From Octopus sinensis (lineage: Eukaryota), in assembly GCF_006345805.1 (NCBI RefSeq), contig NC_043002.1, forward strand, positions 17,298,001 to 17,362,000: 64,000 nucleotides of DNA. The letters are read 5' to 3'. Below are positions 38,388 to 51,299 of this stretch, one piece after another. The notes under the pieces were generated by a model that ran no database searches, was not told the origin of the DNA, and saw only the letters and a list, made by a program, of their open reading frames with translations. Made by a program: the position numbers and the translations under genes. The stretch's first letter is position 1. Each line of letters starts with the position of its first letter.

Positions 38388-38658
38388 GCCTTGTGAGTGG
38401 ATTTGGTAGACGGAAACTGTAAGAATCCCGTCGTATATATGTACATATGTGTGTGTGTGTGTATGTGTGTTTTTCCTCCCAGCATCGCTTGACAACCGAT
38501 GCTGGTGTGTTTACGTCCCCGTAACTTAGCGGTTCGGCAAAAGAAACCGATAGAATAAGTACTAGGCTTACAAAGAATAAGTCCTGGGGTCGATCTGCTC
38601 GACTAAAGGCGATGCTCCAGCATGGTCGCAGTTAAATGACTGAAACGTGTAAGAGAGT
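38388..38658 (+). mobile_element. SINE family A, 5'-truncated
   Basis: Matches the 3' two-thirds of the 36188 copy. Confidence 0.9.
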
Positions 38659-39084
38659 ATATGTATGCGTATATATTTATTTATTTATATTATATAAACA
38701 CACATATATATATTCTACAAACACACAGACACACACACACAAACCTTCACACTACTAGCCCTACAACACGCTTTGTTTAACAGCCACAACCACACACACA
38801 TACACACACACACGCACACACACACACACACACACTTGTCATCATTGCACACATACACACATACACACACACGCACACGCAGACCTCCGCGCACGCACAA
38901 ATCCACACTTACACACACATTCCTCCTCCTCTACCATTCCCCTGTGTTTGACAGAACCACTCTTCTATCTTTGAAAACACATTCTTAACCCAATTCCTTC
39001 CGGTCTTTCAAAATGTGACCTCGTGTGTACCGTTGGCGATTTTTTTCCTCTGTCTTCCCTTCTCTGGATCTTTCCTTCTCCTAT

Positions 39085-39119
39085 GTTTCCGACGAAGAGC
39101 TCCGCTCGAAACATTAAAC
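39085..39119 (+). ncRNA. Minimal hammerhead ribozyme-like motif in a Penelope-type terminal repeat (core U4>C)
   Basis: gttt-CCGACGA-a-gagc(tcc)gctc-GAAA-ca-tt-aaac; host repeat ~38940-39210 homologous to 46645-46850. Confidence 0.6.
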
Positions 39120-39434
39120 CCTCCTTCTTTCCTGAGCGTCCAATAATACTATATTTGCTCCACGTCCTCACGTTGTTGTGTTTTTTTTGTGCTTTCTTGT
39201 TTGGATTAACAATATATATATATATATAATAAATATTAGGGAATAAATCCAAATTTACAGGGAAAAAATCAGATTTAGGATTAAATCCAATTTTATAGTA
39301 AAATATTATATAATATTAATTAGAGACAAAACCACTATTTTGCTTTTTTTACTTTTTTTTACTTTTTATTAAAATTTTATGTATTGATTAAGTCTTTCCT
39401 TGTTTGTTTTGCAAAATAGTGGTTTTGTCTCTAA

Positions 39435-39489
<55 letters not shown>

Positions 39490-39490
<1 letters not shown>

Positions 39491-39798
39491 TAGCAGTATC
39501 GCCCGGCGTTGTTCGGGTTTGTAAGGGAAATAATTATACAAGCATTTTTAGAGAGTTACTTCCCTTATATAAACCGAGCAAAAAATGCATTAAAAATGCG
39601 GAAAAATGATGGTAGATATTTTTGTAAATCGTAGACTCATCGTAAACGCGCGCTAATACCCAGAAGGGCTCGATATGAGTCACGGCTATAAGATACCCGC
39701 TGTTGGTTAAACTGCACCGCAAAATGTGGGAGTAGTTAGGAATTTAAATCGGAGTAGACAGACACTCACACACACAACTTCAGTTTTATATATAAAGA
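39490..39798 (-). mobile_element. Non-autonomous Helitron
   Basis: Minus strand starts TC, ends with hairpin cccg..cggg then CTAG; inserted between A and T. Confidence 0.85.
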
Positions 39799-39813
39799 TA
39801 TATATATATATAT

Positions 39814-39855
<42 letters not shown>

Positions 39856-39999
39856 TCAGTTGAAGCAATGGATGTTGTAGCATTGAAATCTAGATTTACT
39901 TACGGAGACAGCAACTGAGTATTGCTGAGGAGATACATATATACCTTCTTATACAGGTAAATCGTTACGTAATTTAATACTTAACTTTAAATCTTGTAT

Positions 40000-40300
40000 A
40001 TACGAAGATTTGTATGTATCGAAACATTTGTAGCGATTAAAAACCTGCCTAATCGAACTTACTCTTCTTATTGACCCTTTTACTTTTTACTTTTTTATAT
40101 TCGTATATGTATGTTTATACCCGTATGGATGTATGTATACCTAAGAATTATAAACTGAGTAAAGAATGGACAATAAAATATCCAATAATAAATCTTGTAT
40201 TTACCACATTTTGCCAAGTGCGTCTTCGAGACACCGCGTCTCTTGAACATCTGTTTATTAAAAGAGAGTTATTCATTAACGTACTCAAGATGTGATAATT
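40000..40300 (-). pseudogene. Probable decayed Death domain
   Basis: VR**ITLF, RTWQNVV, SIRRVSSIRQVFNRYKCF vs SVGRLLELLTKLGRDDVL. Confidence 0.35.
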
Positions 40301-40373
40301 CTAAGTTCTTATAATGATATTCATAATGTGTTACTTGCCATTGAACTCTATGAACTTGTAAATGTACTTGGGT

Positions 40374-40788
40374 TACTCTTTTACTCTTTTACTTGTTCCA
40401 GTAAATTTGACTGAGGCTATTCTGGAGCACCGCCTTTAGTCGAGCAAATCGCCCCCGGGACTTATTCTTTGTAAGGCTTGTACTTATATCGGCGTCTTAT
40501 GCCGAACCGCTAAGTTACGGGGACGTAAACACACCAGCATCAGTTTTCGAGCAGCGATGGGGGGACAAACACAGAGACACAAACGTATGCATACACACAC
40601 ATACACACACATATATATATACACACAAATTTATCGAAGGGCGTCTTTCAGTTTCCGTCTACCAAATCCACTCACAAGGCTTTGGTCGGCCCGTGGCTAT
40701 AGTAAAAGACACTTGCCCAAGGTGCCATGCAGTTGAACTGAACCCGGCACCATATGATTCAGAAGTCAGCTACTTACCACATAGCCAA
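40374..40788 (-). mobile_element. SINE family A, full length
   Basis: Reverse complement of the 36188 copy. Confidence 0.9.
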
Positions 40789-40799
40789 TGACATACATG

Positions 40800-41765
40800 C
40801 AAAAAAAGGCCTTAATTTAATCTGTATCAAATATCTTGGTGCTTATACAAAAATGATATTAATTTTCAAAATGAAAAATATTTTATTCTTCCATTACTTC
40901 TTCATATCTTCCTCCCCCCACGCCTCTGTCTCAATTGTTCTTTTTCAGTCACTCTGTGAAAGTATTTTTCTCTTCATTACTTATCACTAAAATCATTATG
41001 TGCCCATTATGTGCTTTTCTTATATTGAACCGTGCTGTATCTCTATTTTATTCCCTGGAAACGGTGAAAAGCATAACTGGATAAATCATAAAATATGCTA
41101 ACTTTCATATCGGTTATTATTAGCGGTAGAAATCCTAGAGGAACGAAGCAGATAGAATAATATTTATTAAATAATAATAATAATGTTATTATCGTATACA
41201 GTGCTCAGGTGCACCACAACTTGTCAAAAGTGCGTAAAAGGCATGTGAAGTAATGTACAAATGTGTGGAAAGTGAACAGTGTATGAGTTAGATACATGCT
41301 TGCGTCTGTATGGAGGGGAGAAAATTAGATGTGGTATTGGCGAATCTCAAGAAGCATGGACGTTTTGAAGGATACTGTGCTCCGACAACTAACAACTGAT
41401 GCCGGCAGTTTGTTCCATACTTCAGCAACTCTTAGCGTGAAAAAATATTTCCGAAAATTATGGGAGCTGTGCTGTTTTCTGACTTTGTAAATATGCCCAC
41501 AGGTGTTACAAGGTGGAGTTTGAAAAGGTGCTCAGAATTATTGTTAGCAAGATGGTTAATTGTTAAGATGGGTAATGTTATTCTGAAGGCACTGTACTTT
41601 GCGAATATATGTTGTTACACACAAACACACATGCAATAATGTACGTATGGGATAAGAACTCATAAAACGACATAGCTAAATATAATCCCACTAATCAAGA
41701 TAAATATACTCAGAAATTGAACAAAGACAGATTTATGGTATTATGAATTAAAGAAGAGAAAAATT
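40800..41765 (-). pseudogene. Decayed DD-TIR module interrupted by a CR1-like LINE
   Basis: SLIHNTINLSLF..LVGLYLAMSF vs ALNMRVRRRLSLF..WTALAEEMDF; FPGNKIEIQHGSI*EK vs LPGTCVWSIASELIEK; MILVISNE after an 11-nt duplication. Confidence 0.55.
41170..41560 (-). mobile_element. CR1/L2-group LINE 3' end
   Basis: TCGHIYKVRKQ..RKYFFTLRVAEVWNKLPASVV...FK. Confidence 0.85.
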
Positions 41766-41779
41766 CATCTGAACACGAT

Positions 41780-42500
41780 TACTTGGCTGTTCAATTCTAC
41801 CTACTAATGTTGGACAAATACAGTTGTTCCTTTTTCCACTCATTATAAGCTCCTTTCCTCATCTCTAACAAGGACATGGTAATTAACCAGGAACTGACAA
41901 AACAATTGAGAGATTGATAACTATACGTAACTTAAAGTTAGTTTCTATTACATTAGTAATAACGTTATAACTTATCCTAATACACAGACTAGCATCTCGG
42001 TCTTCCTCAGTACTGATCAATTACATACTGAACAAGCTCTCATGATAGCAGACGATACAACTCTTAATATGGGTTGTGGGCAAGACAAACGAATCACACA
42101 AGATGTTCATTACCTGAGTCGAATTCCACACGACGTTCTCAAATATATTACCTTCAATATTACCAACGCAGGAATCTATATCTACTGTAGCTAACGTCAA
42201 AATACAGTCTCGTACTAGTTAGTTCGTTAAACACACTTACTAAATAAACAGATCCCTTAGATAAGCCAAATGTGCTATATTTATTGATTTATTTATTTCC
42301 AGTTCTATATAAAGAGTATATAATTAAATTTTAAGCACAGATACATAAATATTCGGAGTTTCACACTCATGCCACACAGGTCAATATATAAATACACCCA
42401 GGTATGTACATATCCCTCTCTCCCTCTGTGTATCTATCTATCTATGTATATATCTACATCTATCTATTTATCTATCCATCTGTCTATATATCCACCTATG

Positions 42501-42543
<43 letters not shown>

Positions 42544-42975
42544 ATACATACGACGGAACTACGAATTCATTTTCGGCAGTATTATTTGTGACTCACGTGG
42601 GGGAAATTCTGGAGGGAGATACGAATTCACTTGTCTATATAAACGTGGATATGCTGGTAGGCTTCTATATGTCCGATGTAGCATGTTCGGAATATGGTGG
42701 TAAGATTTTCCTAGCATTTTCAGATTTATTTATCGGAATATTATGTTGATAAAGGAAATGAATCTCTGATTTTAATCCAGAAACGTATGCGTCCATAATT
42801 AACCGCACATTGTTTGATTTCGTTGTTTTTCTTCTTTTTTTTGCCATTGTGAGTTACAAATACTGTTATCTGTAGGACATATTGTTGTAGTAAAAGAAAT
42901 AATAGTCGTGTGGCTGCTATTTCTAATACTTTCGGTATGTGGTCAAGCAACCTGTTGCAAAGACCCACATTGTTA
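41780..42975 (-). pseudogene. Decayed DD-linker-TIR module with a phase-compatible intron (42551-42305)
   Basis: CPT..QWQ (DD); donor gtatgt and acceptor ctttatatag join in frame to KYSTFGLS..YLVSVFNEL; DSCVGNIEGNIFENVVWNSTQVMNILCDSF; CYHESLFS..DASLCI; MRKGAYNEW (TLR-type YxEW). Confidence 0.7.
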
Positions 42976-42989
42976 TAATTATCTATCTA

Positions 42990-43047
<58 letters not shown>

Positions 43048-43340
43048 ATATATATTTGTATATGTATATATGTAGGTAGGTGGGTGTATGCATATGCGTG
43101 GGTTTATATATATTATATTTGTGTGCATTAAGACATGCGTCAGTAGTTGTGTGAGTGGACCTCCATGTTTTAGATTTAGGTAATTCATCGTTCAATTATT
43201 CAATACATGTTTGAAGATTAGGTTACCTGGGTAATAGTAAACATTCTGAACGCCATACCTGAAGTCTACATTGTGTACATAACAATCTTATTTGGCAAGT
43301 GTGCATAACATTTACATAAAACACGAAATACACACACACG

Positions 43341-43385
<45 letters not shown>

Positions 43386-43437
43386 ACACACATGTAATAC
43401 ACATCTTCATACATACAAATATGTATATGTGAATAAC

Positions 43438-43470
<33 letters not shown>

Positions 43471-43510
43471 TTGTATTATGCATATATCTACATACACATT
43501 CATTGTATGC

Positions 43511-43550
<40 letters not shown>

Positions 43551-43759
43551 ATAAATGTGAGTATGCATATTTATATATACACACATATTCATATATGCAT
43601 ACGCATATAGGGGTGCGTTCATTTATAAACAAAACTATATGAATTATATATACATGTATGCATATACACGCACGCACATAAACCTGTATGTGTGCGAAAG
43701 AGTGTTGGTTAGGAAAATGCCGATCTGCATAATGTGTTTCAGAAAAAAAAAGAATTAAC

Positions 43760-44300
43760 AAAACCTTTCGTCTTAGACGTAAAATTCAAAATGTTATCAG
43801 TAATTGTGAGAGACTCTCAAAGGAAATTAAGATAATATCGGCAAATGCGTAATTACTTTCTCAAATTAAATTTACATGATTATAGAAGCAAATACCAATA
43901 GGTTAAGATATTATTCAACCTCATCCGCGAAGCATCGTCTAGACTATTTGCATATATCAAAAGGGGAAAATATAAAGTTACAATGAGTTTTAACTGATAA
44001 TGATTTGGAAACTTGAAACAATAAACTTTAGATACGGAAAGTAATTCAAATGGCCCAATGGTCATAATTTGAGTAAATAGGGTTATTGTTGGCGCATATA
44101 ATTTATCATTACTCTCCTTTCTTTAATTAGAAGGAAAGTAGCGAAAGATTAATAAATATTTGTATATAATCTGTTGAACTATTCGTCCATAATGATATTA
44201 TTGTCTCACGTGTATAATGGACCATTGAATGATATGGCTTATGAGTAATGCCATAAAAGATATCTTGTTAGGAAATTTCACTTTGGAGAAACAGAGAAAA
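43760..44300 (-). pseudogene. Decayed DD-TIR module
   Basis: ETIISLWTNSSTDYIQIFINL (DD); ORF 43880..44065 YQLKLIVT vs YRLKLCVS; YLLL*SCKFNLRK*L vs YLQSKECDFQTKFAL. Confidence 0.65.
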
Positions 44301-44456
44301 ACAAAAGGAAGGTAAATATTCTATCATGACATAAGTGGAGAACGCATCTACTGCGTCATACACCGGCACACGTTCTCACACGCACACACATATATCCTCA
44401 TACACAAACATACATAATATAACACATACACTCATACAAACTCATATATACATGCA

Positions 44457-44506
<50 letters not shown>

Positions 44507-44733
44507 TACTTCATTTAAAGCAGCATAAAATCAACAAAACCTGTTACTCTGACTTTCCCGTTGCCGTTCATCGGACAGTTTTTGCAAAAACTGTCCGATG
44601 AACGGCAACGGGAAAGTCAGAGTAACAGGTTTTGTTGAATTTTCCGCTGATTTAAATAAAGCATATTACTCTACCATTGGTATTTGAGTACTCTTTTTCC
44701 ACCTTGTTTCACATTTATGTGTTTACTCCGGTA
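44507..44733. repeat. Fold-back element with a perfect 108-bp palindrome (probable inverted Penelope terminal repeat)
   Basis: 44531-44638 is self-complementary about tttttg|caaaaa; outer arms are imperfect. Confidence 0.85.
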
Positions 44734-44750
44734 CATATATATATATATAT

Positions 44751-44824
<74 letters not shown>

Positions 44825-44825
44825 G

Positions 44826-44919
<94 letters not shown>

Positions 44920-44929
44920 TCAATTTGTA

Positions 44930-46435
44930 ATGTCCTAGTGTCGTTGCTTTTAGTAATATTTGTCACAACAGAGCACTGAATCCAGTTGGTGCTGTAGGTT
45001 TACTTAAGTAATATATTTCAACATATTATTGTTGATATGATGTGCAGGATCCAAGGATAAAATATCTTTGACCACAAATGAAACGTCTTCAGCAGGTTAT
45101 CCAGTGTTTGAACGAAGCAACTCTGTACATTTGCTACGTTTGAGTTCACTGGACTAAAGGAAAAGTATTTTTTTCTTTTTAATATTCGCCTAGAAATATC
45201 TAACCTTGGAATCACATACACTATTTTTACCATTTACGGGATAGATTTCCTTAATGCTATGGAAAATTTAAATTGTGTCATGGCTCACTATAAAGGCATT
45301 TACTAAATAGAAAACTAAACAAAGCACGTCATCAACTTCAGAGCATGAGATTCAGTAATGAATAATTTAATCTCTGTTTCTTTCAGTATATCACTCCTCC
45401 AAATATTATTCCTATGACCCCCACTTCATTTCGATTTTCTTTTCTTTCCTTTCTCAGAAAACGGATTGATTTTAATCAATGATAGGTTCTCATCAATTTT
45501 AATCAATGATATTTTCCTATGGCTTAAATTTTCATTAGCACTTGTTGATTATATTTTAGTATGAATTGTAATTATTGTTTTGCATTTATATATTTGTCAT
45601 TAAAGAATTATTCCTGTAGGCACTAATTTATAATAATTATTTAATTGCTTACTGCCCCTACATTATTGTGTTAGCGTCATAACACATACATTCTCAATTC
45701 TGACATTATTTTCCCAATTACTTAATTATTAATAATTCAAATAATTAAGAGAATTACGTAGTAATTGATAATATAATAATTTTGAAACCCCTGTAGAATA
45801 TTTGGAAGATACATAGCAAACAATGCGTTTCCGTACAGAAATCATGATAGTAAATTCTACAATATAACCATTCATAATTACCATATATGGTCGGCCTGAC
45901 ATTCATTGGAGGGAGACAGAAGTTCCTTATCCACCAAAAGTCACAGGGTTTTGCATTAGGAATAATTTCAGACGTAAGTGATCTTTTCGGTTTGAACGGC
46001 AGTTTTTAACATAATTTCTAGGTAACTAAAAACTTTTAAACTTCGTATACTGGTAGAATGTGTTTATAAAACACTTTTTTCTCTTGGCTTTATTGAGAAA
46101 ATTCAATAGTTTGTAAGATATTTGTTGTTTTTTTCTTTAATTTCTGCAATTTCAACCAATCAATGACGTCCATTGAGGTAAATAACTTTCTGTACCGTAT
46201 GAATATGTCCCTCGTTTATTTACATTTCTGAAGAAAAAAAGATACCCTTCCCCCCACCCCTAGCCCTAACTAACCCAAACCCTAAAGCAGATTGAAATGC
46301 AATAGTTCGATACTAGGGTCATAATTATGGGGGACAATTTCATATGACACTGCTAGAAGAAACTGCCGTTCAAACCGAAAAGATCTGGCGTAAGTACTAC
46401 AAAAATGTATTGGTAGGTAAAATATTTAGAGCACA
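44930..46435 (-). pseudogene. Decayed DD-TIR module interrupted by a MITE
   Basis: ALNILPTNT / KTL*LLVDKELLSPSNECQADH (DD); ISCSEVD vs ISYSEED; KILFL*SSELKRSKC; MLKYIT vs ILRFIT. Confidence 0.6.
45980..46385. mobile_element. MITE with 26-bp TIRs and a 9-10-bp TSD (Mutator-like)
   Basis: gatcttttcggtttgaacggcagttt / aaactgccgttcaaaccgaaaagatc; flanks agacgtaagt and tggcgtaagt; internal degenerate ccctaa repeats. Confidence 0.88.
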
Positions 46436-46712
46436 CAGCCCTGCGTATGATACACCTATATTCATGTATCTACACGCACACACACACGCACACACACACG
46501 CACATACACACGCACACACACGCACACACACACTTGCAAATATACATGAATATATACATATAGATATCTGTGTGTACATATATATATATATGTATCCATG
46601 TATCTATTTATTTATTTATCTACGTATCTATGTGGGTGTGCGTTGACCGAGTGTGTACCTTTGGCGAATTTTTTCCTCCGTTTTCCCTTCCTTGGATCTT
46701 TCCTTTTCCTAC

Positions 46713-46747
46713 GTTTCTGACGAAGCGCTCCGCCCGAAACGTTAAGT
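46713..46747 (+). ncRNA. Minimal hammerhead ribozyme-like motif with intact core
   Basis: gttt-CTGACGA-a-gcgc(tcc)gccc-GAAA-cg-tt-aagt; one stem II mismatch. Confidence 0.65.
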
Positions 46748-47496
46748 CCTCCTTCTTTCTTTCCTTTCCTGTGCGTCCAATAACACTATACGTGTTCTAC
46801 GTCCCCGCGTTGTTGTGTTTTCTCTTTGTTTTCATGTTTGGGTTAACTAGATATGTCTGTATGTATGCATGTATGTGTGTACCTGTTTTATTTGGTTGTG
46901 TCAGTGTCTGTGTTAGACATCCCACCTGAAAACTACAGGTATTAGTTTGTTAACGTAAGCGTAATATCTACCAGTTTCGTAAACGAGTTCAATAGGATAA
47001 TTGCGAGCCCTAGTTAGTAAGGAAGGGGATCGAATCATTCAGCGAAACTCATCGAGAAAGTGCGCCAATGTTTTCAAGAACTAAGACTGAAACAAGTAAA
47101 AAATGGGAAAATAGAAAATGTATGGTTTTAAATTTGAATGCGTCTGTCTGTTCATATTCATACACAGAAACACACATAATGTATATAGACATACATAAAT
47201 ACATGTACGGGCCTGTGTGCGTATATGTGTGTATGTGCTTCTGTGAAATTGTGTGAGTGTGTGTGGGGGTTGACAGAGAGGTATATGTCATACAAATCTC
47301 TAATCACACGAAAAATTAATGTTTTTATACAATATCATAAATGTATTCCAACAAATCACTAAATTCACTAAGATTTAAAATAAGCACGATCGGTAAAGAA
47401 AGGTGGTAATTTGGCAGAAGGGAAAACAGCTCCTCGTAAATGTGATTTCTATAATAGTTACCCTCAACTGTATATATGCGCATGCATTTATATATA

Positions 47497-47555
<59 letters not shown>

Positions 47556-47592
47556 TGTGTGTGTGTATGTGTGTATGTGTGTATATATGTAT

Positions 47593-47883
47593 ATGGCCTA
47601 GTGGATAGAGCAGCGGATTCGCGATCGAGGTATGGCGGGTTCGAATCACAGACAGGGCGATGCGTGTGTGTTTATGAGAAAAACACCTAAGCTCCACACG
47701 GCTCCGGCAGAAGATAATGGCGAACTTCTGTCGACTCTTTCGCCACAACTCTCTCTCACTCTTTGCTCCTGCATCTTGCAGATCACCCGAAACGAACCCG
47801 CGTGCCGTCCAGGTGAGGAACCTATACGCCAAGGAAACCGGGAAACCGGCCCTTATGAGCCAGGCGTGGCTCCAGAAGGAACA

Positions 47884-47886
<3 letters not shown>
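47593..47886 (+). mobile_element. tRNA-derived SINE family C
   Basis: A box tggcctagtgg, B box ggttcgaatc; body aaaacacctaagctccac shared with 63460-63653. Confidence 0.85.
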
Positions 47887-47930
<44 letters not shown>

Positions 47931-48039
47931 TCTTATTCTCTTATGTGTTTCAGTCCAACGACTGTGGCCATGCTGGAGCACCGCCATTGTAATTATCTTT
48001 CCACTTTCGACCTTTGTCAGAGCGGCTTCTGGAGTTCCA

Positions 48040-48215
48040 TGACACTTTTGAGTTTCTTGCTTAGATATTTGCTCATCCGGGATCTCGGCGAGCCAGAGGT
48101 CAAGTTCACGTTTGAAAACGTTGACATCCACTTCATGGAGGCTCCTCAGATGCTTCGGCAGGCAGTTAAACAGCCTTGGGCCCTTGAAACCCAAGCTATT
48201 GCAGTACATCGACCT
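48040..48215 (-). mobile_element. CR1/L2-group LINE 3' fragment
   Basis: NSLGFKGPRLFNCLPKHLR..VFKRELDLWLAEIPDE. Confidence 0.8.
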
Positions 48216-48216
48216 T

Positions 48217-48321
<105 letters not shown>

Positions 48322-48674
48322 CATACATAGAGAGAGAGAGAGAGAGAGAAAGTTGAAAAATAACACGAGTTGACATGTATAAGGAAAATATTACAAGGTA
48401 GAAAATGATAAAATAATATTATCATGAAATACATTTTGTAACGGTTGGTACCGGTTTCAACTTATCCACTTTTTCGACTAAGTGTAAAACAAAGGTGGAC
48501 ATTAATTAGAAAAACAAATAAATTGAAGAAAAATATTTAATAATATATTTTGCAAATATATCAATAGTCTTCAAATAGGTAGGATATTTTACTTTTCTCT
48601 CTCTCCCTCTCCCTCTCCTTTCCCTCTCTCTCTCTCTTTCTCTCTCTCTTTTTGTTCCCCCGTGAAGTGTTTAT

Positions 48675-49590
48675 AGGTTCAGAACCATCTACTGCCTGTA
48701 GTGATGTTTCCAGATGTTGATCATTAGGAGGATACAGTTTTAGATCATCCATATACAAGAGATGGTTGATTGTTTTATCGTAACAGTTGCATCCATATTC
48801 AGAGAAAGGTGTCAGTGCCAAGCAGAAAAGGAGTGGAAAGCACTTGTCTCCCTTGAATATTCCTCTTCTAATAGGAAATGGTTTGGTTTTTATGAGCCCC
48901 TCTTTTGTCAGGAGCTGTAGCACTGTTTGCCATTTATTCATAGAATGTCATACATATGTTATGATTATCCGTGCTACCTTGTCCATGGCTAATGTTTTCT
49001 GTGATCCAAGTGTGGAGAATACTGTCAAAAGCATTTCAATAATCGATACAAGCCATTCTTTGATCCTTCTTTCTTCGAATAAGCCATTGCAGCATCCGTC
49101 ATGTTCTTCCGGAAACAGGTTGTTTTCATGTAGACGTTTGCATTTTATAATGCACTATTGCAGCAAAAGCCTTGTACATTGTAAACTTAGGGTAGTTTTT
49201 CCCTTCAGTGAGTGATAAGAATTGTCATTGGCTCTTCAAGTACCTCATTAAATTTCTCTGCCAGCGTATTATGTATTCCTTTTAGATATTTTACCCAGAA
49301 ATTGGGGATCTTGTCCCCGGGCACCTTCCAGGTTTTTCAGTGCCTGTGTGAACTATTTTGCTATAAGAATTCAGATTTGTTCCGGTGCTGTGTTTGTTAT
49401 TTTGATAGATCCTTTCTGCGGTAGTTCCTTTGCCGACAATTCTTTCCCAACATTCTTCTTCATCTTCTGCTGTTGCTGCTGCATTGATCTATATTTTATT
49501 TTTGCCAAGTTCTTGGTACAATATTTTGGGATTGGAGTTGAACTGTTTGTTTTGTTCAAAGACTGAGTTTTGTGCCTATTTCCTCTCTCC
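48675..49590 (-). mobile_element. R4/Dong-like LINE RT fragment with deletions
   Basis: IRRGIFKGD..PLLFCLAL, HLLYMDDLKLY. Confidence 0.88.
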
Positions 49591-49599
49591 AATTGTTCA

Positions 49600-51298
49600 A
49601 ATATTTAGGAATAGTTTCCAATGTACCTGTAACTACTGGGATACATTTTACTCGCACTTTCCACAGTCGCTATAATTCAATGGCCAGCTTCTGGTACTTT
49701 GCGAAGTCATATTGGTTTTTTTCATCATTGGGAGTGTAAAGTCAATTACCTGGTACTTTCTAATCTCTTCATCTACTACTACAATATCAGGCCTCCTAGC
49801 TTGTATTAATTATTCTGTCAGTCTGAATGTTAAACTCCCACAACATGTTAAATATCTTATTTTCTAGTAATTTACTAGGTTCATGTTGATACCTTTTATC
49901 AGTATTTTCAAATAATAGCGTTCTACATAACTTTCGGTGGATTACTCTGCCTAAGTTGTCATGTATTTTATTGTATCCTTTCTGCACCAGCATGCTACAT
50001 TCACTTATTATATGATTTGTATAGCTAACATTGGGAATCTACTTGGTTTTCGTCTATCTTGGCTTTCATATAATTAGTCCTTAATGCTTCATCTTGTACT
50101 GCAACTAACAAACATTCTGTCTCCCTTTCAGCTTCCCTTTCTGCAATTATAATCACGTCTCACTATTATTATTTGCTATAATTATCTTTGGAAATCTGCA
50201 ATGCAACGTCTTCTCCTGCCAGTCAGCCCATTCCTGTTTTTTTTTGTCTCTAGTGTTTCACTTCGTTTGGGATTTTGTTCTCCCTATTTCTTCATGTGAC
50301 CCTAGCAGCTTAAAAATAAACTTTCTTCACTATTATTTACACAGGATTCTATACCTAGTGTAGCTAACGCCACGAGGTATTCTACTGATATTAACCCTCT
50401 TAGCCTTCCTTTCTAAGTAAATATAATCTTGCTACCCCTGGCCTTCGGTGGAGGCCTCCATTCATATTGAATTCCTTCCTATTTCTTCTCTAATTCAGTT
50501 TTCGTCCAATCTACAAAGGCTGCTATGTATCTAAGTAATGATGATATTGTCCCCATATTTGCAGCCTTCACTATATTCGGACCATTTAGATTTGATTTCA
50601 TTAACGACCTGACGCTTCTGATTTTCTATTTCATTTCTGTAGTTAGTACTCCGTCAGATTGTAATACCCCTATACATTTATATCTCTCTCCTACTTTCAA
50701 TGAGTTTAATATCTTATATCTGGTAATCGGATGCTTTCGTTGCTCATTTCTTGTCACATTCTCATGACTAATTTTGCACTCATATCTATGCTAAATTCCA
50801 TGTCTATATCTTGGCTCAAGAATCTTACAGTCTGTATTAAGGATTCTATCTCTTTTTCACTCTTACTAAAATGCTACGTAGATCATCTACGTAGAGCAAA
50901 TAGTTATTGTTTCCCTTACTATTTCTAAATTGATATTCTGCCTTTGCCTTCCTTAATACTAAACTGAAGAGAATCAAATATATGAAAAATATTAAAGGTA
51001 ACAACGAGTGCCTCTGGAGAATCCTCTTTTGACAGTAAATTTCCCCAAGTGTGTGTCACATGAGTAGAGATCTACTTTCCATTTCTTCATGCTAAATCTA
51101 ACTATTTCTCTTATGGTCACTGTTATACTGAATATACTCAAACATTCACTTATCCATGAGTGTGGGATCGTAGGCTTTCCTATAATCTATCCATGCAATT
51201 GTTAGATTTCTCTTTTTAGCTTTTCATTTAGAACTACTTTACATATGTATAATAGATCATGCGTTCCCTTAACCTTCTTCCTGAAACCTTTCATGTCC
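49600..51298 (-). mobile_element. Older R4/Dong-like LINE fragment (RT to endonuclease)
   Basis: AWIDYRKAYD, YVDDL, HDNLGRVIH..LWEFNIQTDR, RPDIVVVD. Confidence 0.85.
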
Positions 51299-51299
51299 C

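Noticed and set aside
43896-43965. First DD exon (SLDDASRMRLNNIL) spliced to 42951
   Set aside because: The flanking in-frame motifs YQLKLIVT and YL...SCKF place this segment within a TIR.
46250-46290. Interstitial telomere (ccctaa-like repeats)
   Set aside because: Short, degenerate and internal to a MITE.
47593-47665. tRNA gene
   Set aside because: A and B boxes are present but the acceptor stem is incomplete and a SINE body follows.
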